Of a DNA stretch of 64,000 nt, positions 1 through 12,197 are shown one piece after another. The notes beneath the pieces are model-generated. The model was not told the DNA's origin. It did not search any database and worked only from the letters and a program-made list of their open reading frames with translations. Source of the stretch: the human T2T-CHM13v2.0 reference genome, Homo sapiens. The translations under genes and the position numbers were made by a program. The DNA is taken from the NCBI RefSeq assembly GCF_009914755.1, contig NC_060931.1; one strand, given 5' to 3'. Every line of letters begins with the position of its first letter. The first letter of the stretch is position 1.

Positions 1-76
1 CTCCCGACCTTAGGTGATCCGCCGGCCTCAGCCTCCCAAAGTGCTGGGATTACAGGTATGAGCCACCGCACCCGGA
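1..76 (-). mobile_element. Alu 5' end (cut by the window edge)
   Basis: cctcagcctcccaaagtgctgggattacaggtatgagccaccgcacccgg. Confidence 0.95.
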
Positions 77-429
77 CTTCAGTGACTTTCTTTTTTTCTT
101 GAGACTTTCCCACATTTTCTAAATATGTTACAGTGACTGAGTATGAATGTTATAAAAAACCAAAATTCTAGTGTATGTTTGTTTTTAAAGTAAAAACTCC
201 TGAAGCCATCTCCTGTCACAGGGCTGCCATGGGGCAGCTGTGAAGGCTCCAGGTCTGGGGCCCACTCAGCCCTGCCATACTGGGCTCGGGGGGAGGCTCC
301 CTGCCAGATGGGTGGCCCCAGGAAGGGGCGGCAGGAGCAGCACCTCTAGCCGTCCGCCTGAGGCTTCGTTTACCACTGGGCCTCAGGGCCTTCCCCTCTC
401 CGGCCAGCTCTGAAGGGGTTAAAATGCTT

Positions 430-665
430 CACCAATGCAAATAGATTTAATTAATCCTTTCATCAGCTGCAAATATACCTTCTGAACCCTATTAAAAACA
501 TGAATATGCAAATATAGACCTTTTTGAATTCTCATTTTCGAGGACTTGGTGTTGGGTTTGATTAGCGAATTCCGTTAACAGCCTGTAAACCTGCTGCAAA
601 ATTTAATTTCCATTTTAAATTAAAAAAAAGCATGAAAGCGGTGGGTAATTGGGCTAATTATAGTG
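430..665. promoter_or_regulatory. Candidate enhancer: AT-rich island with two octamers and homeodomain sites
   Basis: ATGCAAAT at 435-442 and 506-513, TTAATTAA 447-454, TAATCC 452-457, several further TAATT; not recognisably repeat-derived. Confidence 0.55.
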
Positions 666-1384
666 TTATGCTGAAGAGGCCACATACTGCGCCCTGGGGT
701 GTCCCCTACCTGGGCTGGGTGCTGGGCCAGGTGGACACCCCTGGCAGGTCATGTGGTCCGTTTTCCAGATGCGAAGACTGAGGCCCAGGGAGGGGAGGAC
801 CCTTGCCCACGACCATCCCGCAGGCTGGGCTGAGCCAGCATTCAACTGAGGCCTCCTGATGTCCCGGCCGGGGTGCGCCTGGCTGCCCAGCCCCTGGCTC
901 CGTCTGGGAGGAGGGGGTGCTCAGAGGAAGCTGAGGGGCCATGAGCTCCAGGTCCCCGGTCCTTGGTGGGCAGTGCTCACTGCTCACCTCTGTCCCTCTG
1001 CCCAGGAGGGAGCCAGGCCTGGCTCTGCCACCGCCTCCGCCCGTGCCCAGCGACACCAGAGCTGGGACAGCCGCTTCCCCTGTTCTCTGGTTCCAGTTTT
1101 CTCATTAGTCGAGTAGGGACACAGCACAACATCACCTGTCACCACGCAGCATGGATTCACCCGCACACACCTGTGCACCGGTGTGAGCCAGGACTGTCAG
1201 GCGCCAGCTCCCTCGGTGAACGTGACAAGGCCCCTCCTTCCCCACGGGGGTGACACGCCAGAGCCAGGGGCGCCCGGGGTGGCTGGGCCCAACCGAGAGG
1301 GACAAGTGGAAAATCCAGCGGGATCCCCGAGACCAAAGCCGACTGTGGAAGGTCCCATTCACCGTTCGCATTGGTCACACGTCG

Positions 1385-1525
1385 ACACGATGCCATGTTG
1401 GATAGATTGGGTTAGAGGTGTATTTGCTAACATTAATTTCACTGGCTTCTGCTTACTATTTAACGTGGCTACTAAAAAATGTCAAGTTACGTATGCGGTT
1501 CGCGTGGCGTCTCTATTAGCGCTGT
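1385..1525. mobile_element. MER33/MER3-like hAT-Charlie DNA transposon fragment
   Basis: ttggatagattgggttag...attaatttcactggcttc...gtggctactaaaaaatgtcaagttac...ctattagcgctg resembles the MER33 terminus. Confidence 0.7.
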
Positions 1526-1714
1526 TCTGTGAGGACGCTAATCTGTCTGAAACATGACTGTATCTGCTGGAACAGATGTGCAGTCTATGTCTATCAAAAA
1601 TAAACTATGCATTGAACAAAACGCCAGGTAGTGGGGAACGCCGGAAGAAAGGATAGAGCTGGCTCAGGAGATGAGGGGAAGGGAGGGCTTACTCATGGGT
1701 AAGGATCAATTGGG

Positions 1715-1885
1715 CAGCTCCTGCCGCTGTAAACAAACCCCAGACTACGACCCGCCGGGGCGGCCTCCGCCGCACCAGTTCTTTCTCGAGGTTCTGGGGG
1801 CCCAGGTCCAAGATCAGGACATCAATCGGCAGGGCCTGTTTCCCCGGAGCCTCTCCCCGTGGCTCTCAGAGGGCCACCTGTGCTC
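1715..1885 (-). mobile_element. MLT1 (MaLR) LTR fragment
   Basis: gttctggggg...gtccaagatcagg...ggcagggcctgtttcccc...gcctctcccc..ggct. Confidence 0.6.
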
Positions 1886-2049
1886 GTTGGGATCTGGGAC
1901 TCGGTGTTTTGTTTTGCTTTGAAAGATAGTGACACAAATGGTTCAGAACTATGGAAGTTCTGAAAAATGCTGTCAGTTTTACTTTAAAATGAGAATCTGG
2001 TGTTTCTGTGTGTCACCGTTTTCAATAAAATTTCTTGAGAGTGTTGGCA

Positions 2050-2375
2050 ACAACAGCAAAATCCAGTGAAACAGATCAGTACACGCGTCTATGGAAAATT
2101 TCCAAGACATATTGTGAAGTGAGAAAAAGCAAGCTGCGGAACAATACGTAGGGATTTTAAAAGCACACAGACCACCCAGGGAGGCAGAACCGTGTGTTTT
2201 CGTGTGTCCATATGGTAGGTGTGCACATCCACCCACAGGCGGGAGAGTCTGGGATGGGGGCCAGAAGGGACTTCTCCTTTTCACTCTACGTTCCTCTCAT
2301 ATTGTTGGAGGGAACTTTGTTTTGTTTTAGTGTTAAAAATGTATTTGAATTGTGCAGTTAAAGAAAACATAAAAC
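2050..2375 (+). mobile_element. Ancient L1M 3' fragment
   Basis: atggaaaatttccaagacatattgtgaagtgagaaaaagcaagctgcggaac is typical of L1ME 3' ends. Confidence 0.55.
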
Positions 2376-2533
2376 AAAACGAGACTGCCAGGCTGGGCCA
2401 GCTGATGTCTGGACCGGGCTCCTGGCGCCTCCTTGCCGGCCGTCTCTCACTGTGCGACTTCGGACAGGGAACTCCTCCTCTCTGGGCCGCAAGCAGCGAT
2501 TTAAGCATTCTGGTGAAGCCGCCTGTCCTCAGG

Positions 2534-2997
2534 TGCACACACATGCAACCATGTGCACACATGGCTATGCACCAACACACATGCAGTCATGTGTGCACAC
2601 ATGAACACGTGTACACATGGCCCACACCAGTACGCACATGTGAAGTCATGCTTGCACACAGGAGCACATATGCACCTATGTGCACATATGACACACCAAT
2701 ACACGTGGTCACACATGCACACATCACATGTACACACATGCTCATGTACACAAACCATACAGGGATACATGCACGTACACACATCTGTACATACACATGT
2801 GCACACAGGGCCACACACCAATACACAAATGCAGTTATGCACACACACGGCACATGTATACACACAAACCAAGCCTGGGGACATGCACTGCACATGCCTA
2901 TATGTGCACGTGTACACGGGTCATGTGTCCAGGAGTGGCAGTGGTGCATGCCCACACCTCTGCATGTACATGCCTGTAAACACACTCCTGTATGTAT
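2534..2997. repeat. Degenerate (CA/CATG)n purine-pyrimidine simple repeat
   Basis: Continuous cacacatg/tgcaca units. Confidence 0.9.
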
Positions 2998-4667
2998 AGC
3001 CCGAGGTTCTGAGCCCCTGGACCTCTGAGTCTCCCTCCAATGCTGTCTCTGGATGAAGGTCCCAGCCCTCGCCTGCCCATGGTGTCCTGGTGACATTTTA
3101 ACAGGAGGGCAATGGGCCAAGTTTAACTCAGACGCTGGGGCCTGGAGGGGCAGCTGAATTTGCAGTCAAGAGAGCAGGGTTTGAGTCCCTGCCCAACACA
3201 GACTTGCAGGAGGCGTTGGTGGGCCAGTCCCTGGCTTTCTGCACTGAGGTCTCCTCTCCTGACAAGACCAGACTTGCAGGATCAGTATGGGATGAGGATG
3301 AGCATTGCCAATTGGCAAGTTCCAAGCCGATGAGAGCCTCTGTGTGTACGAGCTGCGGGAGAGACTTGTTAAAGGTAGATTCTCACAGTTGCTCCAGGCA
3401 GGACCTGAGGACCTGCCTTTCTCAGGTGCTTCCAGGGACCCCACTCTGAGAAGTGAGGGGCTGCAGAAAACCCAGGGATTTCTCCAAAACTTGCACGAGT
3501 TGTCTGTGGGAAGGAAAGAGACAGACTAACCCTGCAATGGTCTTGTGCTGGCTGCCCGGTGCCAGGTGCAGTGGGAGGGAGGGAGGGAGGTTGATCCCTC
3601 AGAGGCCCCGGCAGGTGGCACTGTCCTCTCCAGCCTGCCGGGAGGCTGGAGGGAGCCCTGGGGCCCCCCAAATCCTGTTACATCCTGGCAATTACAGTTG
3701 ATTGCTGTAGCACTAATCCCTTAAAATTAGTCATTAGCGGCTTAAGAACCATTTAGCGTTGGGTGCCCACTAAGGAGCTGGGGGGAAGCGGGGAATCTGC
3801 CAGAACCAGAACTTTCTCTGGCCCGGCAGCCAGGGCTGGGCAGGGACAGGGTACCGGTGGCGCCTCCTGGGGTCCTCACACGCTGTTTCTTTCCCATTCC
3901 ACCTGGCAGACGCGTGAAGAGGATTTGACAAACTCGTGGGGAAGGTTTATTAAATCAGCCCGCAAGGGACACATGTTATCAGAGACCTCTGCTCTCTCCA
4001 GCCCACCCAGACACGTCCCTTGGGGGTGTGAGGGCTGCTCCAGCCCCGCCTCTGCCTCTTCCCGGGGAAAGGAAAATCCCATGATCAGAGCAGAGCCGCC
4101 TGCCGGCCGGAGCTGGTGCATCTCAGCGCTGGCTGGGGGGCCCAGCCTCTTGTAGACCCTCCCGGGGAGCCGGCAGGGGAGGTGCCGGCCCCGGGCTCCC
4201 CGAAAGGAAGGTGCTTTGGAGATCCCTGGCTGTGGAGGGGGAAGGGGAGACCAAGGCAGGAGGGTACCCCTGGTCCGGATGCGGATGTGGACGGGGAAGG
4301 GGAGACCAAGTCAGGAAGGCGCCCCGGGTCCAGATGCAGACTTGAGATTGCACCTGGGGACAGGGGGCTTGTTTGTGGCCCTTTAGCTGCCAAGCCCGTC
4401 TTGATGCCACAGAAGCCGGGGTGGAAGGCAGGTGTGGGCCGTGGCCCAGGCTGCAGCAACCAGAAGGTTCAGCAGCCTCAGATCTTGGGAAGGTGACACA
4501 AGGGCTTGGGGACAGTGGGTGGAGTCCTGTGGCCATGAGGGTCTGTGGCTGTGGGAACCCCTGCTGCGGTTTTTCTGGTGTGGTTGGAGGCCGTGACCAT
4601 TGCTCCTCAGCCACCAGGTTATGCATCGGTGATGGCAGAGCCAGTGGTCCCAGGGTCCCGGAGCTGA

Positions 4668-4806
4668 GGGGTGTGTGTCCACCGGGGGAGTCAGTGGGGT
4701 GTGTGTCCACCGGGGGAGCCGTGGGGTGTGTGTCCACCGGGGGAGTCAGTGGGGTGTGTGTCCACCGCGGGAGTCAGTGGGGTGTGTGTCCACGGGGGGA
4801 GCCGTG
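4668..4806. repeat. Minisatellite, about 5 x 28 bp GGGGTGTGTGTCCACCGGGGGAGTCAGT
   Basis: Direct tandem copies with 27-28 bp variants. Confidence 0.95.
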
Positions 4807-6035
4807 CCAGTGCCTCCTGAGGCTGAGCCCACCTCCCCACTCTCCATTTTCTCAGCCTCTGCCCCAAATCCTCCTGGTAAGTTCCATTCCCACCTGGGCT
4901 GGCTGGAGTTTAGCTCTGGCCTTGCAATCAAGACCACCACCTTTGGGGGGGCTCCTGCCTGGACCTGGACCCGGCTGTCGCCCACCAGGGACCACTCCCC
5001 CTGCTGCCCCTGGGGCAGAGGCTGCGGGCTTCTGTTCTGCCTGAGGGCTCAGCCCTCTGTCCTCCCCCAGGATGGCCCCTGACCTCCAGCCTCTGGGCCC
5101 ACCCTATCCCCGCTTCCTACCTGGTGGGGTCCCATCCGCCTTCAGGGTCCAGTCGGACCCCATCTCCTAAATTGCCTTGACAAGAACCGGCCCCTGTCCC
5201 TCTGTGTTCACAGCCAGGGTGGTGCTGGCTCCCTGGTCCTGAAGGGCCAGCTGAGTGGGGCTCGGTCCCAGAAGCCCCAGGTCCATGAGTGTGTGTGGGG
5301 GCCGTCACCGGGGCTGCTGGCGGTGAAAGGGTGGGTGGAGGCAGGCACCTCGGCTCTCAGGCTGTGGCACGGCAGGAATGGTGATGGGGAAAGCAGGGTG
5401 GTGGGGGCTGGGGTGCCAGGACCCTGGGATTGACCTGGGGGGTATTGGCAGAGGACAGCCCAAAGGCTAGACCAGGGCCCCGTTCTGATTATCTGTGGCT
5501 GTGGGAGCAGCATCCTGTGTGGGCCCCGCTGTGCTCAGCTGAGACATGGGGCTGTGGCCACCCCAGGGCTGCGATGGGGCCGAACAGTCTGGGACTCCGG
5601 GTTTCAGTGTGAGAGCCAGTGGTTGCCCAGCTCTGGCGGGGCTGTGTGTCTGTCTGAGGCACATGTGTGTCCAGGGGCCGAGCCAGGGCAGAACAACCTT
5701 CACGTGACATGGAGACATCTCACTTCTCTTGTCTGCACAGCCTGCGTCCCGCACAAAGCCTCGTGAAGCTGAACCCCATGGGCCTCCGAGGACCCCTCCG
5801 TCAAACCCCTTGCGCCCAGGAACAGAAGCCAACACTGAAAGGTGACATTGGGGGGTAGGGAGAGGACACGCAGGAGGAATCAGGGGCTTCCTGTCTCGAG
5901 GCTGGGGGACACAACACATCCGTCTCTCCCAGTGGGCCTCTTAGTGGACGGCCCCCCAACTTTCCCCTGAGACCTGGAGGAAAAGGGCTTTCATGAAGGG
6001 TTTGTGGAACCTGACGGAGTGTTCTAATGGTGGGC

Positions 6036-6051
6036 GGGGGGGGGGGGGGGG
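6036..6051. repeat. G16 homopolymer
   Basis: Seen directly. Confidence 0.95.
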
Positions 6052-6844
6052 TTGCTGGGAGTGGGAAGTGGGACGTGAGGCGGGGGTGGCAGAGCCGGAG
6101 CTGCCCCACCTTTGAGGAGTCTGGGTGGAGGCGGCAGTCCCGGGCGTGGCCCTGGCCCAGGCCCACAGTTCGCAGGCAGGTGGCAGGGTCCACGCCTCCC
6201 TGCTCCTTCCTCCCCCTGCCCCCGCCCCCACCATGGGTCTCCCTCCGTCTCAGCATTGGAGGCTCTGGAGCAAGGCCGTTCCCCTGGCTGCACCAGCTCC
6301 CCTCTGCTGGGCTCAGATAGCGGCAGCTGCACCTCTGAATCATCGGCTCATATTCCCCATGGCTGGAGAAGGCCGGGGCCGCCGAGTTGGGAGGAGGGGA
6401 CTCGCTCTCCAGCCTCCAGGGCCAGATGCTCCATCTGCCCCATGGGGCGGAGCCACCCCACACCCCTGGGTTTGGTGCTGCCAGCCGGGTCCAGGCCCTC
6501 TCTTGGCCCTGGAGAGATGGGCACAGAGGGCAGTCTCCCCTCGATGCACCCTTATCTGTGAGGACAGTCCCCCCAGCCCCTGTGCCTCCATCCGGGTTCC
6601 ATCAGCAAAGGGAAGTCCTGGAGCTGGGGCCCGGCCTTGAGGCAGAGCTGGAAGCTGCTACGCGGAGGGGCCTCAGCCCATGGTGGTGGGGAGGGCACCC
6701 CAGCCACCCTTGGTCCCAGCTGCCACCTGTGCACTCCCTGAGCAGAGATGCCTGACTCACCCTAACGTTGTCCGGGCTGCAGATGGCGGCGGCTGCTGAG
6801 GGAGCTCCTTCCCCTCCTCCCGCCCACCCTGCTAGGGCTAGGCC

Positions 6845-6891
6845 ACAGATACACAGGGCGAGTGGGAGTGTCTAGGGGAGAAGATTTTATT
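6845..6891 (-). terminator. MAD1L1: Polyadenylation signal AATAAA (6886-6891) with downstream GU-rich element
   Basis: Plus-strand tttatt at 6886-6891; minus-strand TGTGTATCTGTG about 30-40 nt downstream. Confidence 0.9.
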
Positions 6892-7145
6892 TCACAAGGT
6901 GAGGAACCCAGGCTGGTGGCCGACGCCCACACACCAGGCTCCGGGACGCATGGGGTCTGCACGTGGAGAGGGTGCTGGCCGCCCCAGCAGGAAGCCCGAC
7001 GTAGGTCCCAGCGTGTCTGTCAGTCATGCTGCTGCCCTGTGGGGCTGGAGAGGCAGGACGTGCACCCAGCCTGTGGCTGGCGGGGCAGGGGACCTGCAGG
7101 TCAGGCCAAGCAGAGTGGCTCCGGCTATGCCCCCGAGCCTGCAGG
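6870..7145 (-). other. MAD1L1: MAD1L1 3'UTR (about 275 nt)
   Basis: Lies between the TAG and the inferred cleavage site about 15-20 nt past the AATAAA; the exact end is inferred. Confidence 0.85.
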
Positions 7146-7304
7146 CTACGCCACGGTCTGGCGGCTGAAGAGCTCGAGGGTGAGCGAGCTGAGGAAGGCA
7201 GGGATGCTGTCCTGGCGCCGCAGGTGCACCTCGATGAGCTCGCCCACGGTGTGTGAGAACTCTGTCTCCAGTAGCTGCATCTTGGAACCCGAGGGGCTGG
7301 TGGC
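7146..7304 (-). CDS. MAD1L1: MAD1L1 terminal coding exon (C-terminal 52 aa of spindle-checkpoint protein MAD1)
   Basis: Minus strand reads [55 protein letters not shown], the human MAD1 C-terminus. It is preceded by a pyrimidine tract and CAG acceptor (tcttgtctctttcttgactgccccgcag|GCC, phase 0). It is absent from the ORF track because the internal Met-started piece is under 60 aa. Confidence 0.97.
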   Translation of the reverse strand, partial: ATSPSGSKMQLLETEFSHTVGELIEVHLRRQDSIPAFLSSLTLELFSRQTVA

Positions 7305-7345
7305 CTGCGGGGCAGTCAAGAAAGAGACAAGACAGCGGTCAGCCC
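7305..7345 (-). promoter_or_regulatory. MAD1L1: 3' splice site of the last MAD1L1 intron (branch-like GCTGAC, pyrimidine tract, CAG)
   Basis: Minus strand: ggGCTGACcgctgtcttgtctctttcttgactgccccgCAG. Confidence 0.9.
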
Positions 7346-8039
7346 GACAGGCCTCTCCCTCTCCCCTCCCTCCCTACACAGCCCCTCCAGCCATGGGGGC
7401 TTCCCTCAGTCTGAGGACCTGGACAGGGGTAGATGCGTCCTCAACCCTGCCAGGCCTTATTCCAGGTCACCTAAAGGGACTGAATTAACCCAGGGCAAGG
7501 TCTCTGTTGTCTACACTGTCATCTACCCAGGCAGTTGGGGGTCCCAGGCACTGTGGGGTGTGCCCACCCAAGGGGCTGCCACCTTGCTCCTTCCTCCACC
7601 TGGGGGGCTCCAGCACCTGTGCCAGGCCCTAGTGCCACTCTTCACTGAGGCTGGAGGACCCCACGCCCTGGGCAAGTCCTGCAACGCCTTCCACACTGCC
7701 TGGGCCCCATGACCTAGTTTCCCCACTTGTGCAGGGGGGCGCTGGGGGCCCAGGGGGAGTCTGGCTCTGTGGATTCTGCAGCCCAGAGGGCGGCCTCCTG
7801 TAACTGGAGAACGGGCAAGGAGGAGCTTCCAGACAGCGCTGCAGGCCCCAGGGGACACAGGGCAGGAGTCACACAGCAGGTCTGAGCAAGCTGCTGTGCC
7901 ACGGTCCTGGGCTGTGTGGGGAGTGGACAGAGGCCCTTCTGAGCTGCCCCCGAGAGCCAGCCCCACCCCGGTCAGCACCCACACAGCCCCAGGTCAGGCA
8001 GGACACAAACCCGGCCCACCACAAAGCTCCCTCTGAAAC

Positions 8040-8825
8040 CACGTCCCTGAAAAGTCCTGTACCCAGAATATGCCCAGAACTCCCACAACTCCACCATGAA
8101 GAGGAAAGAGCCAATTAAACAAGGGGCCCTTGAACATTTCTCCAGAGAAGAGCCACACACGGCCAATGAGCTCATGCCAGGACGCTGGGCACCGGGGAAA
8201 CGTGAACCGCAACTGAGCGAGACACGGAGCCGCCTCGCGCCGACGGCCACTGAGAGCAACCACCATGAGCTGCTGGGTCGAGGGGAATCAGACCCTCCGC
8301 GTCGCTGGCGGGAGCGTGTGTGGTGCGGCCACTGCAAACAGCCGGCAGCTCCTCAAAGAGCTGGACGCAGAGTCCATGGGCCCAGCACCCGCCCGGGCGC
8401 GCAGCCAGGGGGTCTGAGCGCAGTCCACGCACAGACCTCGGCACGGGTGTCCACGGCAACACGATCCCATCACCAACAGATGGAACGCGGAACCAGCCCT
8501 CAACCGCCGGAGGGAGACACAAAACCGGGTTTACCCGTCAACACCGCTTCGTACAGCCGAACTCTGATACACGCTGCCACGCGGGCAAACCCCGAAAACA
8601 CGCCCAGCCAGTCACAGAGACCTGTCGACACAACTCCGTGCCCAGGGGATGTCCTGGAGGGGCACGTCAGGGCTCAGGGCCAGTGGAAATGTGCCACGGT
8701 TAGACTGGTCGCGGCTGCGCACTGAATGTGCCGGGAGGAACGGAACGGTAGACTAATGGAGCGCTAGACGTGAGGGTGAGCTGCATGTGTGTGCATCGGA
8801 GCTCAGGAAACCGTTTTGGAAAGCG
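8040..8825 (+). mobile_element. L1MB-like 3' fragment (ORF2 C-terminus plus 3'UTR), strongly GC-shifted
   Basis: gtacccagaatatgcccagaactcccacaactc...ccaattaaacaagggg...catttctccagagaag...ggccaatgagctcatg...ggcagctcctcaaagagctggacgcagagtccatgggcccagca...cagccagtcacaga is colinear with the L1M 3' consensus. Confidence 0.8.
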
Positions 8826-9468
8826 CTCCCTCCGCCCGGCAGCCCTCTGGGAACCCTCCCCAGGAGCCACAGGGCGGCCTGGCTCCATCCAGCTTGGTCC
8901 TGGCAGCTCCCCTGTCCACCGGAGCATGCCTGGGCTGGGCCCCGCCCTGATGGTGTCGCCCCTCCCCTCACCACCTTTGGAGCACGTGCTGCCCCAGAGG
9001 CCCTGCGACCTGACCTGTTCCTGCACCTCCTGTTTCTCAGGAGCCGTCCCCGTGCCCTCCCCCTGCCCTCCCCCTGTTTCTGCTGCCTTAGTACATTTGG
9101 CCTTGTCATAGTTCAACACAAACCATTTTTAAACAAAAACAAGAGAAACCACTCTGACCTTTCGCTGAGAAAATCCTTTCACTTCTGCCTTCTGCTCTTG
9201 ATTCTGAATTTCTCCCCCTAAATGTCAGAGGGGCTGATTCTCCTGCAGCTGCCGGGCAGGGGTGGGGAGGCAGTGTGGGAAGAAGTCTCCTCAGCCGGCC
9301 CTTCGCCCTCCTCCCAACCCAGGGCTGGCAACCTGGCTGGGCCTGACGCACTGTGGTGCAGACTCTGGCCAGGCTGGACCAGAGAATAGCTGTTTTCCAG
9401 GCACCCGCCTTCCCCGGCCCTCAGAGGCTGGCAGGCTTTGGGAGCCTGGCCGTTCATTTCTAAAAATA

Positions 9469-9767
9469 TTTTTTTTTAGAGACGAGTCTCACTCTGTCAC
9501 CCAGGCTGGAGTGCAGTGGCATGATAACGGGTCACTCAGCCTCGAGCTCCCGGACTCAAGTGATCCACCTCAGCCTCCTGAGCAGTTGGAATGACAGGCA
9601 TGTGCCAGCACACCTGGCTAATTTTTAAATTTTTTTGAGAGATAGATAGACTTTAGCTATTTTGCCCAGGCTGGTCTCAAACTCCTGGCCTGGCTGGTCT
9701 CAAACTCCTGGCCTGACGTGATCCTCCTGCCTCAGCTGCCCACGACGTGAGGATTACAGGCGTGAGC
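9469..9767 (-). mobile_element. AluJ-like with internal 23-bp tandem duplication
   Basis: Alu consensus; ggctggtctcaaactcctggcct occurs at 9669-9691 and 9692-9714. Confidence 0.93.
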
Positions 9768-11557
9768 TCTGATCATTCTTTATTTGAAACAGGTGCACCC
9801 CGCCAGCGTCAGCAAGACAGCTGCTCCCAATGGTAGGCCGGGCAACCCACTCACGGCTCCTACAGCACCTCCTCTCTGCCGGCCTCAGGCGGCTCTGGAA
9901 GAATGATGCCCTAATATACCGCGCTGCCCTCCAGGTGGGGGTGGGGGTGGACGGAGACAGGCAGGAGTAACCAGTGCTACTCTCCCAGCTCAAACCCCAC
10001 ACGAAGGCAGACCCAGCGTTTGCAAAACACCAGCCCCCGGTGAACAAGTCGACCTGCTGTGCAGCCCACCTCTGACTCCGTTTCCCCCAGCGTACCCAGC
10101 CACATTGGGAGGCTCCACCTCGGTCTAACGCTCCGGCATTAGCAGGACCTGCTGAATGAGTGGCGCCGGGCCCATCCATCTCTGCCATCGCTGCTCAGCC
10201 CTCTGCCATGTTCAAATATCACACAGTCCCCAGGTACCTCGTAAATCACTGTAATTACGGGCTGCTCACTTAAAATTAAACTGCAATTTTTTAAAAAGCA
10301 AATTGCCAGTAAGACACGTTGGCTGTGGCTGGAAATACTTCTGAGGCTGCCTGCGCGCAGGCTCTGGCTTCCTCTCCCTCTGCCTGGCCGGCCCGAGCTG
10401 CCACCTGTCTAGTCTGCGCACATAGCGGCCCTGTGGCTGGCGGGCGCCCTGGGGGAGACTGAGACACTCACTCTTAATGAAGACACTCGCGGCGTCCATT
10501 GTGGCCACTGCACTCTAGTCCAGACCCTCGCTGGCCTGGCCTGGGGCTCACCTGCCCCTCTGGAAGCAGAGAGGGCCTGCCCTGGAGGGCCGGGGACCTC
10601 TGCAGCATGTCCGTGGAACACGTGGGCCAGGGATTGTGTGCCCGGCCCCCATTCCAGCTCTGCCACGTGAGCAGTGCTCACTCGGTGCCTAGGGCTGACT
10701 AGTCTTACTAAGCGCTGGTCCCACCATCCCCTGAGCCGAGCCCCATGGTGTCCCAGCGGGCACGGACAAGAGGCACGGAGTGAGGGAGGGGTGGGGGCTG
10801 ACAAAGGGCTTGGAGAGCAGAGACAGCGCACACCACCAACTCTCTCCACACACCACTTTCTCCACACACCACCAACCGCAGGATGTGGTGGGGCTCGGAG
10901 GCCAAGGGGGAAGTGTGAGGGATTCCTGTCAAGAACAAGACCCCCTGCTGCTGAGGGTCCAAGAGAAACTCCATGAACTGGGAAACTCGAGGGGAGGAAG
11001 CTAGAGATGGAATGAAGGAAGCCCTGAATCCTGGCTCAAACAAGGAAAGCTGAAATAATGCAGTAAAATGAGAAGACACGCAGGAAATGGAAACGATGCT
11101 ACTTCGAGATACTGGGAAGTTATGTGAATGCTGTTCATCTGTGGGGTGGCGTGAAGAGGTGGAGGCCACACCAGTGGACATCAAAACCAGAAACCAGTCA
11201 GAGAAAGACAACAGGAAAACTGTAAGTGCCTGGAAATTAAACAGCACACTTCTAAGTAATCCACGAGTCAAATGGGATGCCTCGAAGGAAATAAAAAAGA
11301 GAACAGAATGGAAACAAGAATACAGCATAATGAAATTTGCCAGACGCACCCAAGGCAGTGCTTAGAGGGAAACGGACAGCACTCAATGCCTGTATCAGGA
11401 AAGGAGAAAGATCTCAAATCGCTTCTCTAAATTCCTACTTCAAGAAACGAAGGGAAAAACAAGCCCGAAGCAGGAGGAGGAAATAATACAAGTAGGAATG
11501 AACAGGAAAACAAAAGTTATTAAAACCAAAAACTGCTTCTTTAAAAAATAGCAATAA

Positions 11558-11823
11558 GGCCGGCCAGGAGCAGGGCTCACACCTGTAATCTTTGCACTTT
11601 GGGAGGCCAAGGTGAGAGGATCACTTGAGCCCTGGAGTTTGAGACCAGCCTGGACAACACAGTGAGACCCCATCCCTATAATCAATCAGCCAGGTGTGGT
11701 GGCATACACCTGTAGCCCCAGGTATGTGGGATCACGTGGGCCTAGGAGTTTGAGGCTGTAGTGAGCTATGATCACACCACTGCACTCCAGCCTGGGCAAC
11801 AGAGTGAAACCCTGTCTCAAAAA
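11558..11823 (+). mobile_element. AluJ-like
   Basis: Dimeric Alu with J-type diagnostics (ggatcacttgagccc, gagctatgatc). Confidence 0.93.
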
Positions 11824-11893
11824 TTTGTTAGAAAGACCAGCAACGATAAATTGATAAACCCCTGGCAAAACTGACAAAGATTAAAAAGGGGGA

Positions 11894-12197
<304 letters not shown>

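Noticed and set aside
2219-3120. His/Cys/Thr-rich ORFs resembling metal-binding proteins
   Set aside because: They are products of the CA/TG simple repeat.
6862-7488. 208-aa plus-strand ORF
   Set aside because: It is the antisense shadow of the MAD1L1 terminal exon and UTR in GC-rich DNA.
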